Assembly: GCF_963521425.1 (NCBI RefSeq)
Contig: NZ_CAUQUN010000005.1
Coordinates: 15,090 to 79,089 of the forward strand
From: an uncultured Granulicatella sp.
Lineage (GTDB): Bacteria > Bacillota > Bacilli > Lactobacillales > Aerococcaceae
Direction of reading: 5' to 3'
DNA: 64,000 bases
The notes beneath the pieces are model-generated. The model was not told the origin of the DNA. It worked only from the letters and a program-made list of their open reading frames with translations, and did no database searches. Below, one piece after another: positions 61,959 through 64,000 of the stretch (its first letter is position 1; every line of letters starts with the position of its first letter). Both the position numbers and the translations under genes were made by a program.

Positions 61959-62279
61959 CTATTTTTTATTTTTGATGAGTTGAATCGCGCGTTTCAAAAT
62001 ACGTTCCCCATTAACATTCCCATAATCTTCCAAATTAATGACTTCAACAGGAATACCAGTAGGCTCATATTTTTCACGAGCAGCATTATATTTGAATTTC
62101 ACTTGAGGACCTAAAAGAATCACATCAGGATGAAATTCTTGAACTACAGAATCTAACTGAACATCAGGAAATGCTTTGACTTCAATTGGCAATTGATGTT
62201 GATTTGCAACTTCTTGCATCTTACTTGCCACTAAACTTGTAGACATTCCTGCATTACAAAATAAATACACACGTTTCAT
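61959..62279 (-). CDS. PTS Lac/Cel family IIB
   Basis: CNAGMSTS, LLGPQV. Confidence 0.93.
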   Translation of the reverse strand: MKRVYLFCNAGMSTSLVASKMQEVANQHQLPIEVKAFPDVQLDSVVQEFHPDVILLGPQVKFKYNAAREKYEPTGIPVEVINLEDYGNVNGERILKRAIQLIKNKK

Positions 62280-62309
62280 ACATATACCCCCAATTATTTT
62301 GTTATGTTT

Positions 62310-62633
62310 TTATGCTTTTTCAATTTTTTCCAATCGTTGATATAAGGCTAAAATCTCTTCGCTAGTAACTTGTAAGATTTCTGCACTCATCATTTGATCT
62401 TCTGAATGTAATAAAAGCAACGAAAAAGGCACCTTATTTCCTGAACTATCTTTTTGTAATAATTCAAAGTGGATTTCATGTCCTTTTAATCGTTGCTGTT
62501 GACCTTCCTCAATCAGAGATTGAGCTTCTTCGAAATTTCCTTTTTTTGCAGCTACTATTGCTTCCATAAAAGCTGAACGAGCCGCTCCTAATGCACTAAT
62601 CATTTTAAAGCATACTAATTCTATTTCATTCAT
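62310..62633 (-). CDS. PTS Lac/Cel family IIA
   Basis: GAARS, LLLHSEDQMM phospho-His. Confidence 0.92.
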   Translation of the reverse strand: MNEIELVCFKMISALGAARSAFMEAIVAAKKGNFEEAQSLIEEGQQQRLKGHEIHFELLQKDSSGNKVPFSLLLLHSEDQMMSAEILQVTSEEILALYQRLEKIEKA

Positions 62634-62810
62634 AATTGCTCCTCCTTTCACAATCCTTTTAAAAACGCTTTCTTCCTTAATTTATTATAAACCGTCCTCA
62701 AAAAAAATCCTAGTCTTTTATCTTAAAATCTTCAATTATTCTATTTGTTCACAAAATATGAACAAAAAAACTCTCAGAACGACAGTGCTTCCATCATTCT
62801 GAGAGTATTG

Positions 62811-63251
62811 TTAACTAATTTTCTTTTCATAAGGAGACTTCACAAATTGAATTGCTTTTAAAATCGCCATAATTGGATTTACCAAAACTAATACATATTG
62901 TATCATTCCGAGTAATCGCATAAATAAAATCATTGGACTAGATAAATGAAGAATCCATCCTAAACTTAATACTTCTGCCATATAACGATATGACAAAAAA
63001 AAGATTGGTGTTAACATAATCGAAAACATCATTTCTCCTAATAAAATCAATGGAGAATTTTTCCACGTATTCCCATTCCATTGTTCTGCAACCATAATCA
63101 ATAAAGCCATTAGAAAAACAAATAAAACGACTTCACCATCCTTAGATAATAGTGAACTTCCTTGATTCATTGCAAATACAGTTATTACACTCGTTAGTAC
63201 TATCATTCCCATTATAAACTTCCAATAATAGGTACTAAACTTTTTCATCAC
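62811..63251 (-). CDS. Hypothetical membrane protein (about 4 TM)
   Basis: AAAGGAG RBS, hydrophobic segments; no family recognised. Confidence 0.6.
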   Translation of the reverse strand: MMKKFSTYYWKFIMGMIVLTSVITVFAMNQGSSLLSKDGEVVLFVFLMALLIMVAEQWNGNTWKNSPLILLGEMMFSIMLTPIFFLSYRYMAEVLSLGWILHLSSPMILFMRLLGMIQYVLVLVNPIMAILKAIQFVKSPYEKKIS

Positions 63252-63380
63252 CTTTGCTCCTTTCTCTAACTCCCACCTTTACGACTATCATCACTAACTA
63301 GACATTTTAAATCAAGAGTATCTGAGAAAATTTAATAAAAATTTAGGAAATAAAAAAGACAGCCGAAGCTGTCTATCCTA

Positions 63381-63452
63381 CTGGGGTAGCTGGATTCGAA
63401 CCAACGAATGACGGAGTCAAAGTCCGTTGCCTTACCGCTTGGCTATACCCCA
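63381..63452 (-). tRNA. tRNA-Gln (anticodon TTG)
   Basis: TGGGGTATAGCCAAGCGGTAAGGC...CTTTGAC...GGTTCGAATCC; CCA not encoded. Confidence 0.97.
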
Positions 63453-63453
63453 A

Positions 63454-63537
63454 TGGTGGAGGGGGGCAGATTCGAACTGCCGAACCCTAAGGAGCGGATT
63501 TACAGTCCGCCGCGTTTAGCCACTTCGCTACCCCTCC
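63454..63537 (-). tRNA. tRNA-Tyr (anticodon GTA)
   Basis: GGAGGGGTAGCGAAGTGGCTAAACGCG...CTGTAAA, long variable arm, GTTCGAATC, encoded CCA. Confidence 0.97.
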
Positions 63538-63565
63538 AGCTGTTATTAAAATAACGTACTCATAT

Positions 63566-63594
63566 ATAGTACACTAGACCCTAACTTTTTGCAA
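63566..63594 (-). promoter_or_regulatory. tRNA operon promoter
   Basis: TTGCAA-17-TACTAT with an AT-rich upstream element. Confidence 0.65.
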
Positions 63595-63793
63595 TACCTT
63601 TTTTTAAAAAATATTTATTTTTATATAAGCGTAAAGTTTCAGAGTAACTTCTAGTTAAGTATCAAAACTAGAAGTTAGTATGAGACAAAAACACAAAACA
63701 CAAACATTTAACGTTATCCGATTGCACTGAAATTGAATTAGGTATTACACAAGGTTCTTCATTTTGATTAGATTATCAAGAGTATGACTACTT

Positions 63794-64000
63794 TTAATCT
63801 CCTATAGATCCAGTGAATTGAGTAATTAAAAAAATATGTTCATACATTTTTACCTTATCTAGATGATTCACATCTTTAAATCCACCTAAAACCAAAAGTG
63901 GTACAAATCCAAAACACTGTGTATAATCAAGCGAACCATATTTTTCAATTGCCTCATGATAAAGCGGTAAGTCAAAATAATCATCTATAAAACTTTTATC
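63794..64000 (-). CDS. C-terminal part of a DUF1851/Tdi1-like (GAD-like) immunity protein; truncated at the window edge
   Basis: Manual translation ...YHEAIEKYGSLDYTQCFGFVPLLVLGGFKDVNHLDKVKMYEHIFLITQF...; CFGFVP.L.LGG motif. Confidence 0.7.
   Translation of the reverse strand, partial: DKSFIDDYFDLPLYHEAIEKYGSLDYTQCFGFVPLLVLGGFKDVNHLDKVKMYEHIFLITQFTGSIGD

Noticed and set aside
62811..64000. Prophage or island integrated at the tRNAs
   Set aside because: No integrase and no duplicated tRNA 3' end seen in the window.

Overview
AT-rich chromosomal window from a low-GC Lactobacillales firmicute. Gene content and style suggest a Granulicatella-like oral organism (inference). Most genes lie on the minus strand. 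Housekeeping loci: ytrA-type GntR/ABC operon, folT with a THF riboswitch, cdaA-cdaR-glmM, nfeD-floA, yebC, copZA, sstT, cbpA, tRNA-Tyr/tRNA-Gln. Accessory blocks: a galactitol-type PTS with rhamnulose-1-P aldolase, SDR and KdgT; pip/tetR and marR-proV-proWX; an LPxTG adhesin beside an orphan glycosyltransferase, a decayed copA remnant and three tiny two-helix membrane proteins; and a PTS-glycosylasparaginase cluster with an active/dead M42 peptidase pair, a GrdB-like fragment and CutC. The most unexplained signal is a family of about 165-bp multi-hairpin elements (4 full copies, 1 deleted). They show compensatory base changes, inverted GTAGC/GCTAC arms and a conserved extrahelical T, and lie just 3' of genes in the sense orientation. 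No CRISPR array, rRNA, integrase or intact transposase was seen.
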